From the IMG/VR virus record IMGVR_UViG_3300021599_002733: a stretch of 64,000 nt of DNA. The stretch is one strand, 5' to 3'. Position 1 is the stretch's first letter, and the number at the start of each line of letters is the position of its first letter. The stretch is from a virus. The notes below the pieces were generated by a model. The model did not search any database, had not been told where the DNA came from, and saw only the letters and a list, made by a program, of their open reading frames with translations. The position numbers and the translations under genes are program-made. Below are positions 26,543-36,906 of the stretch, piece by piece.

Positions 26543-28165
26543 TTAGTCGTTGTCGGTACCTTCATATCCCATTCTTAAATGGCGTTCAATATCATCACGC
26601 ATATCCGGGTTGAATTTGGATAAAATATCATCCATATCCAAACCATCTTCATACATTTCTTCGGATTGGGCAAGAGCTTTTGACAATTCCGGGTTAACTT
26701 CTTCGTCTCCCATTTCATCAATTAATTCTTTTTTCTTGCCTTTACCTTTAGACATCATTTTCTCTATTTTAGCTTTTGCTTTTTCTAGAGCTTTGATGTC
26801 TTTTTCAAGTTCTTTTACTTTTTTAGCGTCGGTAAGGTTTTTCATATCCTCATCCTCATCTAATTTGTTGAGTTGGGATTTGCGTTTTTCAATAGCAGCA
26901 TCAATTTTTTCTAGTTTAGAAGCTAGGATTTCATGTTCTGCTTCTTTGTTAATTGCTGCTAGTTCTTTTTCGATGCTTTCTTTTAAAGTTTCAGTTACTT
27001 CTTCTTTCATCACATTTAAATTTGGAAATAAGAAATCACCTGCAGCCCAATATTGTTTATCACCAGCTTTATTAAATTTATCTTCTTTTGCTTTTGTTAC
27101 TTCAGCTTTTAATGGATGGTATACTTTAAATTCCTTTGGAAGATCAACTGTAGGGCCATAGTTGTCAGGTTTATTTAAAATTTGTTTAACCATAGGTGGA
27201 ATATCCATAATCAACTTTTTAATCGCTGGTTGATTAGCATATCCTTTAACTAAATTGTTATACAAGATATCTGAGATATAAAATGTCTCACTGCCAGGAT
27301 TATATACCATATGGTCTTTAAAGTGTTTTCTAATATTTGAAGGAAATGGTAATTGTTTAGGGATAAAACGTTTACCACCACTACCCCCACCATGTGTGTT
27401 GATGGTCATCATTCCATAGTTACCACCACCTCTTACTTCTTCTAATTCTTCATTGATGATAGAACGAATAATTTCACGTAATGTTTGTTCTTCCTCGTTG
27501 ATAGGTTGAATAGATTCTTTCAAATCACCATATCCGGATGCTTTATATTTTCCTGTTGGCTCTTTCGGGGTACCTAATCCAGGATGTTCAGTTGTATATC
27601 CCAATCCTTTGATTCCGAATTGACCATCTTTAACATAGTATGTTGAATCCTTTTCTAGGTTTTTCAACACAATATCTCTAATTTGTTCTACTGTTTTGTC
27701 CTCGTTTTTAGGGTCTTTCATTTCAGCGTAATAACCTTTCATCAATTGACCATAGATAACATTATCTAGGTTTTTCTTATCAGAATGATCGTATCCGTGT
27801 TTAAGGTCATCTTCAACTTGGTTTGAAGTTTTTTTCAATTCAGCCTTTTCGTCTTCTTCTTGAGATTTAAGTTTTTTCTCTTTAACTTCTTTGGCTTTGA
27901 TTTGTGGATCTTTTGCTTCTTCTAAGAATTTCTCAAATGCAAGCTCATATGATTCTTTTTTAGATTCACCTAGTGTATTAATTGGAGATAGACCTACTAA
28001 ATTTTCATTTACAATCCCTTTTTGTTTTAGAATTGTAGTTGCTTCGTCAAACGTAGCAGCATTACGAATATAATTTGGAAATTGACGTTTTGCTTCAGTT
28101 AAGAATACACCTTTGTGTCCTTTTCCTTCTTTAATTAATTGATATTGTTCATTTAAGGTTTTCAT
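26543..28165 (-). CDS. Charged multidomain protein, probable prohead core/internal protein
   Basis: Between portal and protease; numerous (L/I)-x-E sites. Confidence 0.6.
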   Translation of the reverse strand: MKTLNEQYQLIKEGKGHKGVFLTEAKRQFPNYIRNAATFDEATTILKQKGIVNENLVGLSPINTLGESKKESYELAFEKFLEEAKDPQIKAKEVKEKKLKSQEEDEKAELKKTSNQVEDDLKHGYDHSDKKNLDNVIYGQLMKGYYAEMKDPKNEDKTVEQIRDIVLKNLEKDSTYYVKDGQFGIKGLGYTTEHPGLGTPKEPTGKYKASGYGDLKESIQPINEEEQTLREIIRSIINEELEEVRGGGNYGMMTINTHGGGSGGKRFIPKQLPFPSNIRKHFKDHMVYNPGSETFYISDILYNNLVKGYANQPAIKKLIMDIPPMVKQILNKPDNYGPTVDLPKEFKVYHPLKAEVTKAKEDKFNKAGDKQYWAAGDFLFPNLNVMKEEVTETLKESIEKELAAINKEAEHEILASKLEKIDAAIEKRKSQLNKLDEDEDMKNLTDAKKVKELEKDIKALEKAKAKIEKMMSKGKGKKKELIDEMGDEEVNPELSKALAQSEEMYEDGLDMDDILSKFNPDMRDDIERHLRMGYEGTDND

Positions 28166-28620
28166 TCTTCTCCTTTTAATAATGTTAATGTTTTTTCTAA
28201 AAAGTCTATAATCATTTTAGTTGATATAACCACATCATACGTATCTGGGTTAGAATTGTATGCTGATATTACTTTATCTTTTGCGTTATCCATTGCTGGG
28301 GATAACTGGTTGATGAGTTCTTCAATTTTGTTAAAATCACCTAAAATATCTTGTTGGAATTCGTTGTATTTATTGTCTTCAAACAATTTTTTTACCTCTA
28401 AACCAGACCCTTTAATCTTGTTTGGAACTGGTTTCCATCCTAGTTTATAGTAGTATGGTTTTTTTACTCCTTTTTCGTTTGTTCCTTTTTTAAAGGAATA
28501 TTTGGAAACATATTGTGCTCCAGCTCCGGGTGAAAAAGTTGCACCTCCAGTTCCTGTGCTAGATTCTTCAGATAAGTTTTTTAACTTTTCCTTAATTATA
28601 TTTATAATTCTATCACGCAT
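28162..28620 (-). CDS. Hypothetical probable internal head protein
   Basis: Leader MRDRIINIIKEKLKNLSEE; located in the head module. Confidence 0.55.
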   Translation of the reverse strand: MRDRIINIIKEKLKNLSEESSTGTGGATFSPGAGAQYVSKYSFKKGTNEKGVKKPYYYKLGWKPVPNKIKGSGLEVKKLFEDNKYNEFQQDILGDFNKIEELINQLSPAMDNAKDKVISAYNSNPDTYDVVISTKMIIDFLEKTLTLLKGEE

Positions 28621-29470
28621 TTACTGTTTCCAATTCTGTTAACAAGTCACAGTATTGTAAAAGATCAACCAAATCATTGTCCGTTACCTTATAGTTTTTA
28701 TCTACGGGTTTGATCAATGATGTAATTTCGTTGATTTTAATTTTAGTTACTGGGTCTTTTGTTTTGTTGTTTAGGGTTGTTAATTCTTTTTTAATTTCTT
28801 TTGATTTAGAAATATAGAATTCTTTTAAACGTGGAGTGTTATCAATTGAATTAATTAATTCTTTTAATATAAGTTTTTGATGTGTATTCAATTCGTTGTA
28901 TTTACCGTTAAATTTTTCAAGGATAATACGGTATGTTAATATGCGAGTATCTTTATCTTCTTTTCTAAATTCCTCCAATATATTTTCACGTACTTTTTTC
29001 TCTGCAATAGGGGCTGCTGTTAAGTGCTCTAAAATAGTTACTTTATTGATGATGATATATTCGGGATTGATCGGTGTTGGAGTATTATACATTTCTAACA
29101 ATGTATAGAAAGCAGCTTGTGTTTTGTAGTTGGGAAGCTTGTGGTTGAAAAATTCATTCAAATCATAATATTTTTGAATTTCATTAATCAAATTGTATTT
29201 TTGTTTTTTAATTGATTTTCTATTTAAAGTTTTAGAAGACTCTAAAAGTGTATCAATAATCACATTAGCTTTAGTTTCTGTTAAACTAGTACGTTTAAGT
29301 AATGTCTCATACAATCTATATTCTTTCCCTAGTTCTGTTTTGACAAAATATTTTTTCAAAAGACCTTTAATTGGGGAATCTTTCCCCTCTAAAGTGTCAG
29401 CTGTGATTTGTCTAACGAGCAATTCAAAAAGAATGCCAGAATTTTTGTACTTCGAATGTTTAATCTTCAT
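28613..29470 (-). CDS. Head-module hypothetical protein
   Basis: 285 aa helical protein (KHSKYKNSGILFELL) directly downstream of the portal, with a late-type motif. Confidence 0.6.
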   Translation of the reverse strand: MKIKHSKYKNSGILFELLVRQITADTLEGKDSPIKGLLKKYFVKTELGKEYRLYETLLKRTSLTETKANVIIDTLLESSKTLNRKSIKKQKYNLINEIQKYYDLNEFFNHKLPNYKTQAAFYTLLEMYNTPTPINPEYIIINKVTILEHLTAAPIAEKKVRENILEEFRKEDKDTRILTYRIILEKFNGKYNELNTHQKLILKELINSIDNTPRLKEFYISKSKEIKKELTTLNNKTKDPVTKIKINEITSLIKPVDKNYKVTDNDLVDLLQYCDLLTELETVNA

Positions 29471-29510
29471 TCTGTGGTAATTAGTTTATTTATAAATATA
29501 TTAAATTTTG

Positions 29511-31406
29511 TTACTCACGTATCTGATTTTCATCTAATAGCGATTCTTTGTTATTATCCGCCTCAAACACTAATTGTTTTCTATTAATTGGGATTTTCTT
29601 TAACATATCTGATTGGGTATTAGATAGTGGTTTGTTTTCAAGTGCTAAAGGAGATCCACCTTTATATTGAGGTTTAATGGAATCTGATGCATCGTTATCT
29701 TTCTTCATACCTAATGATCCAATTCTGTCTTTACCAAAAGCATTATCTTGTGTATTTCTGTTTGTTACTTTTTCTTCTGGTCTTCCTAGCTCTTTATCTT
29801 CATCATACCCTACAGGTACTTCTCCATTATCATATCTACCTCTACCATATAGAGAAGCTAAATCGTGTGGTGTACCATATGATTGGCCTGTTTCTACTGG
29901 GTCATTTCCTTCAGATTCGATTTGTGTGATTCTAAATTTACGTTTAGCATCTTCTCTAATTAAATCTCTATATTCATCATATTGGTCTTGGCTTAAATGC
30001 CATATGTTTTCATATATCCAATCAGAAGGCATTAAATGTCCATCCATCATTTGATTAGATAACTCAACTTTTTCCTTCATTAACGCTATTCTTTCTTGAT
30101 CATAAATGATAGAAGGAGTAGTTAAAGATAATTCAAAGTTTGTTAAACTTTCAGCTGTATACCCTTGAGTGTATAGGTGAACTAGAGCAATTTTGTTTAA
30201 TTCTGAAAGTATAATGCGCTGGATTCTGTCAATTGTACGAGCAAATCTGATATCTTCTGCAGCTAGTGTAGCTTTACCTGTTAGATCTTTTTCGTATCCT
30301 AGGAATGCTTTTGGAATTTTAAGCGCAGCAAATAATTTATCTCTTAAATATTCTACGTCAGTAATACCATCATACTGTAAACCTTGAAGTGTATCAATTT
30401 TAGTTGATTGATCATTTCCACGAATTGGGATATAAAAATCTTCAAGTAAGTTTTGCATGTTGTACTTTAAGTTATATTCACCTGTACTTTGGTCAATATA
30501 TGGAGTACGTTTCATTTTAGAGATTGTCTTTTGCATGAAGTTTTCTACTTCAGCAGGAGCAATATTTCCAACGTTTACATAAAATATACGTTTTTCAGGT
30601 GCACGTACAATTCTATGAATTAACATTGCATCTTCCATCAATGTATATTGCTTAAACAATTTACGACCCGGCTCTAGATATGATCTACCATAAGGTAAAA
30701 AGTTAGTATCTGTCAGCAATCTAAAGTGAGCAATTTCGTAGTTGTCAAAGTATATGTCTCTACCTTGATCCGCTGAATTCGGCACGTTATAATAGCCGTA
30801 ACTGGATGCTGATATACCGTCTGGGTCAAATCTAAATCGAACTGATGCTGGGTTTTTAAGGTCATATCCTTCTTGTCTTTCCATGTGGTAAGAAGAATAT
30901 GGGATAACATTATATACACCATACTTTTCAGCAATTTCTAATTTTAAAAAGAAATCACCATATTTACACATATTACGAATCCATGGCCATAGGTTAAATT
31001 CAATATTTAACACATCATAGAACAAATTGTATAGGATTTTTTGTACATCTTCATCCGAACTTCGAATTTGAAGTACTTCTCCCATATCATTTTTTAATGT
31101 ACTTTCATCTGCTATAATATCAAGTGCAGAAGCAATGATAGCATCTGTATCCATTGCATCGTACTCTGAATATAGAGTAGGGCGCAACATTTGATAGTTA
31201 AATGAGTTTTGGTAACCATACAATGAAGTTGCTGAGTTGGTATAGATTCGATTGAATCTATCTACTAGCGAGTTGGTTTGTAATTCTCCAGATTGTTGGA
31301 TTTGATTAACGTCCATAACCTTGAGTTGAGTACCTCCTTGGTTACGTATGATAACGTCCGTTGAAAATAATCGTTTTAATCTAGAAAATAATGTAGTATC
31401 TGCCAT
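29511..31406 (-). CDS. Portal protein (T4 gp20-like)
   Basis: MEDAMLIHRIVRAPEKRIFYVNVGN, LEDFYIPIR, IDTLQG, DVEYLRDKLFAALKIP. Confidence 0.97.
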   Translation of the reverse strand: MADTTLFSRLKRLFSTDVIIRNQGGTQLKVMDVNQIQQSGELQTNSLVDRFNRIYTNSATSLYGYQNSFNYQMLRPTLYSEYDAMDTDAIIASALDIIADESTLKNDMGEVLQIRSSDEDVQKILYNLFYDVLNIEFNLWPWIRNMCKYGDFFLKLEIAEKYGVYNVIPYSSYHMERQEGYDLKNPASVRFRFDPDGISASSYGYYNVPNSADQGRDIYFDNYEIAHFRLLTDTNFLPYGRSYLEPGRKLFKQYTLMEDAMLIHRIVRAPEKRIFYVNVGNIAPAEVENFMQKTISKMKRTPYIDQSTGEYNLKYNMQNLLEDFYIPIRGNDQSTKIDTLQGLQYDGITDVEYLRDKLFAALKIPKAFLGYEKDLTGKATLAAEDIRFARTIDRIQRIILSELNKIALVHLYTQGYTAESLTNFELSLTTPSIIYDQERIALMKEKVELSNQMMDGHLMPSDWIYENIWHLSQDQYDEYRDLIREDAKRKFRITQIESEGNDPVETGQSYGTPHDLASLYGRGRYDNGEVPVGYDEDKELGRPEEKVTNRNTQDNAFGKDRIGSLGMKKDNDASDSIKPQYKGGSPLALENKPLSNTQSDMLKKIPINRKQLVFEADNNKESLLDENQIRE

Positions 31407-31452
31407 TTTTTATTTACAATATAATAATAAATATTGAGAAAACCAATGAATT

Positions 31453-33033
31453 TTAAAGAAGCCATCGTATGTCTTCCTCCCCTCCAGAATATGGGTTATC
31501 TATTTTCCAAGGGTTTTCTGTTAAACCTGTATTTGAGTAACCACCTGCAAAGTTATGTTTTGCAGTAGCCATACTTTGGAGCATACTTTTGGTTAAATCT
31601 ACTCCGTGTTGTTTAAATTTAAATGAAGTATCTCGCATGAATTGTCCTATAGCAAATGACATTACAAGATCATCATTGTAGCCTGATTGGGCTTCTGCTC
31701 TACCATTTTTCCAAACAAATACTTTCATTTCCTCAATTAAGCGTTTTGATTGGATGGTTACACCTTTATCAGATAATGCTTCTACAAGTTTTGAAATACA
31801 TAAAGGACGTGTACGTGTATTAGTTGTAAATCCAGGTACCATTTTACTTGTATCCATATATTCAGAGAAATATGTATCAGCATTTATTTCTCCACTTTTT
31901 GGAGAATAGTACAAGTTTGGATAACCTCTTTCAATTACTGTTTGAATAGTAGCCCATCCAATGTTTGCATTTTCAATTACTAGTAGTGCATTGTTATATT
32001 CTGTTGCTATACCTACAAGTAAATATCCAAATTCTTTGGTACCAATTTGACCTTTATATTCAGCTACTTGTGTATTTGTTTCAATATCTAAAATATGGAA
32101 TGCTGAGTAATCTCTAGAATCACCTCTAGCAACATCCGCTATAACCATATATGAACGGGAATAATCAGCTGGTTCCCATACCCATAGGTTTCTGTCGGCT
32201 CCACGTTTCTCTAGTGGTTCTTTTACATATGTTTTTTCATAGAATTCTATAAATTCAGAATAGAATACAACATCACCTGAGGTACTAAAGTCACAGTCAC
32301 ATTCTTGGGCTGCTTGTCTAGGATCACCTAGCAATTCATCTTGCTTATCTCTCCAAGCTTGATCACGTTCAGGGTGAACAAACCATGGTAATCTAACGGG
32401 TAAAAAATCGTTTTCTTGGTTTTCTGCTCTAACCCATGTTTGATGAAACCAGTTACCAGTACCATAAGGGGTAGATAGTACAATAGCTCCACCACCCGTT
32501 GCTAGGGTTTGTTGAGCTGAAGCCCATGTCTCACCAATATTTTCAATGAAGGCTGCCTCATCTACTAGTAGCAAAGATACTGCTTCTGATCGTGCTGCGT
32601 CTGCATTTGATGATTTTGCTTTAATTTGAGAACCATTGGTTAAACGAAGTGTTAATTTATTGTTTTCTTCTGCTGGTACTTTGAGCCATGAAGGTAAATT
32701 TTCGTACATGAATTTTACCTTAGTTACCATGTTTTTGGCTGTTTCTTGTGTAGTTGCTATACACAGCACGTTTTTGTCTTGATGGAATATCATTAACCAC
32801 AAAGCATATCCTGCTCCCAATGTTGATATACCCAACTGTCTAGATTTAAGTACAATAGAGTATGGATTATCTTTCCATAAATGAAGTACTTTCTCTTGAA
32901 ATGGATATAAATTAAATTGAATTCTACCTCGTTGTGGATGTTGGATAAAACAATATTTTCGCATAAAATGTGCTGGGTCGGAGGCACATTTAATATATTC
33001 TTGGCGAAGTATCTGTTTTATGTCTTGGCTCAT
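31453..33033 (-). CDS. Terminase large subunit (T4 gp17-like)
   Basis: LYPFQ, KSRQLGIST, LLLVDEAAF, STPYG, DVARG..DYS, IENAN, DDLVMS. Confidence 0.97.
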   Translation of the reverse strand: MSQDIKQILRQEYIKCASDPAHFMRKYCFIQHPQRGRIQFNLYPFQEKVLHLWKDNPYSIVLKSRQLGISTLGAGYALWLMIFHQDKNVLCIATTQETAKNMVTKVKFMYENLPSWLKVPAEENNKLTLRLTNGSQIKAKSSNADAARSEAVSLLLVDEAAFIENIGETWASAQQTLATGGGAIVLSTPYGTGNWFHQTWVRAENQENDFLPVRLPWFVHPERDQAWRDKQDELLGDPRQAAQECDCDFSTSGDVVFYSEFIEFYEKTYVKEPLEKRGADRNLWVWEPADYSRSYMVIADVARGDSRDYSAFHILDIETNTQVAEYKGQIGTKEFGYLLVGIATEYNNALLVIENANIGWATIQTVIERGYPNLYYSPKSGEINADTYFSEYMDTSKMVPGFTTNTRTRPLCISKLVEALSDKGVTIQSKRLIEEMKVFVWKNGRAEAQSGYNDDLVMSFAIGQFMRDTSFKFKQHGVDLTKSMLQSMATAKHNFAGGYSNTGLTENPWKIDNPYSGGEEDIRWLL

Positions 33034-33599
33034 TATTTTTTAATTTTAATATTGTTAATGACTGCAATTGTATCTTGCATACATTCACTATATACTTTAG
33101 AAGTGTAATATGGTTTGAATTTTAACAATCCCCACAAATATTTTTTATCCCAATCTTTATACAAGAATGTTGTTATATTATCGTTAAATGTCTTGCTAGT
33201 AAATGATATAGAATCTTTTTTAATGAATCCAGAAAACTTATAACATTTTTCAGCCAATGTAAAATATGCCTTTTCAGATATACTATCTTTTTTTAGTACA
33301 GTTGTAGTTAAAGTAGAATCTTTAAAGCGATATTGAGTTTCTACTATATCTGTAATATTTTTGGTTTTGATCTGGAGTAATTTGGCTATAGAATCGTATT
33401 TTGGGTATAATGTTTTAAGTTCATCTATAGTAAGTGATTGTTGTCTATTCTTATCTCCTATAAGAGCAATCATATTATTGTTGTATCGTTTACGCTCTTC
33501 TTTTTCGTGTTGGTATAGTTTAAATAGACCATATAGAGCCATCAAACATATTACTAGCACGGCTAGCAATCCAAGAATTAATTTGTTTTTTGTTATCAT
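33033..33599 (-). CDS. Membrane-anchored protein, possible spanin-like lysis protein
   Basis: N-terminal transmembrane helix, coiled coil, C-terminal KKYLWGLLKF. Confidence 0.45.
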   Translation of the reverse strand: MITKNKLILGLLAVLVICLMALYGLFKLYQHEKEERKRYNNNMIALIGDKNRQQSLTIDELKTLYPKYDSIAKLLQIKTKNITDIVETQYRFKDSTLTTTVLKKDSISEKAYFTLAEKCYKFSGFIKKDSISFTSKTFNDNITTFLYKDWDKKYLWGLLKFKPYYTSKVYSECMQDTIAVINNIKIKK

Positions 33600-33606
33600 A
33601 TTGTAG

Positions 33607-33639
33607 AAAAAAGTGTCTGCTCTATATTAGAACAGACAC
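33607..33639 (-). terminator. Intrinsic terminator
   Basis: Minus strand GTGTCTGTTCTA-ATA-TAGAGCAGACAC-TTTTTT. Confidence 0.8.
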
Positions 33640-33679
33640 ATAATTATGTTAATATAAAAATAGAACCATTTAAATAAGA

Positions 33680-34660
33680 TTATGCTTCAACTTCTCTTCC
33701 AGCAGCACGTTTAAGATCTTTAATCATATTAGCAGGAAGTTTATATTCGTCTTTTGCTTTTTTCAAATACGCATCGATTACTTTTTTATCGTCTTTGTAT
33801 TTTTTGATGAATTTTAAACCAGTGTTAAATTTTTCTAGTTTATCCGAAGAAACATTACCAAATTCTTGTTCAGCAGATTTAACATCTTTTGCAGATGGTT
33901 CTTTTTCTGTTGATCCAAATTCTTCTTCTGATTTGTAGTATGTTGAATCATCTATTTCTTCAGCGTCTTCCTCTTCGTCTTTTGCTTTTGATTTTGATTT
34001 AGATTCTGGTTTTTCTTTTGCAGGTTTTTCTGCTTTTTCTTTTTTAGCTTTAGGTTCTTCTGCTTTCTTTTCAGATGATTTACGTCCGCGTTGTCCAGCT
34101 TCTTTTCCTGTTATTTGGTTAGCAGCATCTTTTTCGATAGTATTTGTTGAAATATCATCTTTAAATTTATCTCCTGCCTCTTCAGCATCTAGCATAACTA
34201 CAGTTAATAAATCTTGTAATCCAATATCGTGTGATGCTTTAAGTTCTTTTTTAAATGCAGATACATATCCTTTTAAACGACCATCTGAAGTAATGTTTGG
34301 GTCTTTTTTAAGGGCATCTAAAACTGTTTTCTCAGTAGCTTTAACAGCTTGAAGTTCTTTTTCTTTGCCTTGTTTCTCTAATTGAGCTTTCAATTGTTTG
34401 ATACTAGCCATTTCATTAAGAGTTTCCTCATCAATTTGATATTTATCGGCTAATTCTTTAATTTTTTGTCCAGCTGTAGTTTTAATCCCAGCAATATTAG
34501 AATCTTGTTTTAATTTATTTACTTCGGCTTTTTCAACAGGGCTATTATATGGTAAAGTATCACTTTCACCTTTTTTATTTGTGATTATAACATTAGTAGT
34601 TTCACTTAAAGCGCTAGTAATTTCTTCACGTATAATTTCGAGTAAACGAGTTTTTTTCAT
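33680..34660 (-). CDS. Lys/Glu-rich probable internal head protein
   Basis: Leader MKKTRLLEIIREEITSALSE; GQRGRK motif; late-type motif upstream. Confidence 0.6.
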   Translation of the reverse strand: MKKTRLLEIIREEITSALSETTNVIITNKKGESDTLPYNSPVEKAEVNKLKQDSNIAGIKTTAGQKIKELADKYQIDEETLNEMASIKQLKAQLEKQGKEKELQAVKATEKTVLDALKKDPNITSDGRLKGYVSAFKKELKASHDIGLQDLLTVVMLDAEEAGDKFKDDISTNTIEKDAANQITGKEAGQRGRKSSEKKAEEPKAKKEKAEKPAKEKPESKSKSKAKDEEEDAEEIDDSTYYKSEEEFGSTEKEPSAKDVKSAEQEFGNVSSDKLEKFNTGLKFIKKYKDDKKVIDAYLKKAKDEYKLPANMIKDLKRAAGREVEA

Positions 34661-34684
34661 TTTAATATATTTTTGTTATAAATA

Positions 34685-35215
34685 TTAAGAAAACATTACT
34701 TGTTTAATTTTTTCAATCCTTTCCTCGGTTGTACCAGATAGTTCAACATATTTTTTAATTTTATTTCTGTTGGATGAAATAATTTTTTTAATTTCTTTAT
34801 CTATCTTCATTCTATATTCAGGATCAATTGCACGCACTCCATTATCCTCTAATTCAACTCCCTCAGGTGAAACATAAAATACATAGTCATACTCTGAGAT
34901 TAAACGTGATGCTAGTTGATCAAATTCATCACATACATAATGTGGGATTGATTTAGCTAGATGTGTAAATGCTATAACATCAATTACTGTGCGATCTGTT
35001 ATGATTCTTGGTTGGATCAATTCACTAGCACGTTCAGCTAAAAATATCATTTGACCTTTAATTGTTGAATCTGTATTTAAAGGTATTCCCAAATCACGTA
35101 AATATTTTGAACGTTCAGTTGCAAATGTATATTCTGTGAATTCAGGGAGTTCCTTTAATGCGTTTACTAGTGTTGTTTTACCTACACTTACTGTACCTAC
35201 AAATCCTATCTTCAT
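34685..35215 (-). CDS. AAA_28 / NadR-type P-loop nucleotide kinase
   Basis: GTVSVGKTT, ITDRTVID, EDNGVR, LSGTTEER. Confidence 0.85.
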   Translation of the reverse strand: MKIGFVGTVSVGKTTLVNALKELPEFTEYTFATERSKYLRDLGIPLNTDSTIKGQMIFLAERASELIQPRIITDRTVIDVIAFTHLAKSIPHYVCDEFDQLASRLISEYDYVFYVSPEGVELEDNGVRAIDPEYRMKIDKEIKKIISSNRNKIKKYVELSGTTEERIEKIKQVMFS

Positions 35216-35216
35216 A

Positions 35217-35450
35217 TTAAAATCTTGATTTAGCTACACCACTTTTATAATATGGTAATCCATCACCACCTTTTTTAGCTGCTTTCCACTCAGCTTCTGT
35301 ATATTTGAGTCCGTTAATATAGTATTCTCTTTTGGATTCATCACCTTCAGGTATAAAAGCAGGACCTTCTAAGTTATGCATTTTACCATCCAAATAATAT
35401 ACTATAGTTCCATTAGGAGAAACTAACCTCTTTGTTTGTGTGTTTGACAT
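35217..35450 (-). CDS. Small hypothetical protein
   Basis: GKMHNLEGPA..EYYING motif; tight operon packing. Confidence 0.6.
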   Translation of the reverse strand: MSNTQTKRLVSPNGTIVYYLDGKMHNLEGPAFIPEGDESKREYYINGLKYTEAEWKAAKKGGDGLPYYKSGVAKSRF

Positions 35451-35455
35451 ATATT

Positions 35456-36793
35456 TTATTTTAATAAATTTTCTGCTACATAAATTGCTTGCGCTCCTGA
35501 TACTGTAATTCCACGAGCACTTAAAGCATCACCCACGAAATGTACGTTAGAATAGTCAATCAAACTAAGGTTTTTATAATCTACTTTAACCTCAGGCGAT
35601 AGATATTTTACCTCAGGTATATAGATCCCCCAATCATCTCCCAATGTTGGGAATACTTTTTTCATGTCTTGAATAAAATCCATAACATATTTAAAGTAAC
35701 CTTCCATAACAGGTTCAACAACATGAGTTAATGTATCTAAACTAATTTGGGTACTAGATACTTCATATCCTTCAGACGTTCTTGAAGGTTTTCTTGAAGG
35801 AGAATAATACAAACCAGTTCTATCATTCCCTAATGGGTTATGAGGTTTATAGGTATATTGTAATTGGTTTACCACATTACGTGACCAAGTAAATGGATCC
35901 TCAATACCATTAATTTCCATTAATATACCAAAGTTAGTCATATTGTTTCTATATGCTTCATCTTTCTTTGCGTGGCCATTATATGAATGATCACCATAAG
36001 TTTCCTCTACAGCAACATAAGCAGCATTATTGTTTGTACAAAATGAACGTAATGAAACACCTTCATCATCAAATTTTCTATATAACTTAAAGTCATATGA
36101 AATATCAATTAATTTTTGAAAGTGTTCTTGTGGTGCTTCAAATCGAACTCCAATTTGTACTGATTTAGGTTCATCTGGTAATTCATATTCGTTTGCTAGT
36201 TGTTGAGCGAAGTCAATACCTGATTTACCTACAGCAAATATAAGCTCATCATATTGAATTTCACCTGCAAAGTGATGGTTTGCAAGTGATACTTCATTTT
36301 TAGTAAAATCAATACTATAAACTTTATGTTCCCATACAAATTCTACACCTTTAGATACTAAATAATCGTACCAATTTTTTCCTATTTCGTGTAGGTAGTC
36401 AGTTCCAATATGATAAACCCCAAATAAACGCAGACCGAAATATGGTTTAATGAAATCTGGTTCTTCTGTTGGGTTTGAGTACATGATTTTGGATGGGTCT
36501 GGGTGGAATCGTTTCCATGTTTCTATAACTTCATCCATTAACTGGTATGCTTTTTCTTCTCCACAATATTTTGAAAGTTGTCCTCCGATCATGTGGTGAT
36601 ATGTTAATTTACCGTCAGAGAATCCTCCACTCCCTAGCCAACCTGACATTACCTCTTCTGGTTTTCGGTTATATGGGTCTTTACCCATATCAATTACTGT
36701 AATGAGTTCTCCAGGGTAACCATTATCTACTAACTTTGTTATGGCATGAGCACCCGCTACACCACCACCAACTACTACAATTTTTTTATCCAT
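35456..36793 (-). CDS. FAD-dependent oxidoreductase (start probably at MDKKIVVVGGG)
   Basis: Rossmann GGGVAG, GSGGFSDGKL, HIGTD, AVGKSG, GVRFE, RSFC, PEVKY, VGD. Confidence 0.9.
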   Translation of the reverse strand: MDKKIVVVGGGVAGAHAITKLVDNGYPGELITVIDMGKDPYNRKPEEVMSGWLGSGGFSDGKLTYHHMIGGQLSKYCGEEKAYQLMDEVIETWKRFHPDPSKIMYSNPTEEPDFIKPYFGLRLFGVYHIGTDYLHEIGKNWYDYLVSKGVEFVWEHKVYSIDFTKNEVSLANHHFAGEIQYDELIFAVGKSGIDFAQQLANEYELPDEPKSVQIGVRFEAPQEHFQKLIDISYDFKLYRKFDDEGVSLRSFCTNNNAAYVAVEETYGDHSYNGHAKKDEAYRNNMTNFGILMEINGIEDPFTWSRNVVNQLQYTYKPHNPLGNDRTGLYYSPSRKPSRTSEGYEVSSTQISLDTLTHVVEPVMEGYFKYVMDFIQDMKKVFPTLGDDWGIYIPEVKYLSPEVKVDYKNLSLIDYSNVHFVGDALSARGITVSGAQAIYVAENLLK

Positions 36794-36818
36794 ATTATAT
36801 TTTATAATTTTAATATAC

Positions 36819-36852
36819 AAAAAAAAGTAGCCCAATCCAAAGATCGGGCTAC
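36819..36852 (-). terminator. Intrinsic terminator
   Basis: Minus strand GTAGCCCGATC-TTTG-GATTGGGCTAC-TTTTTTTT. Confidence 0.85.
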
Positions 36853-36906
36853 AACTCCAAAAATATTTTTTAAGCGACTAGGCTATAGATCTAGTCTAAA
36901 TGTTTA

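Noticed and set aside
22905-33033. Inteins or introns in capsid, portal or terminase genes
   Set aside because: Sizes are ordinary, motifs are contiguous and no splice-junction signatures were seen
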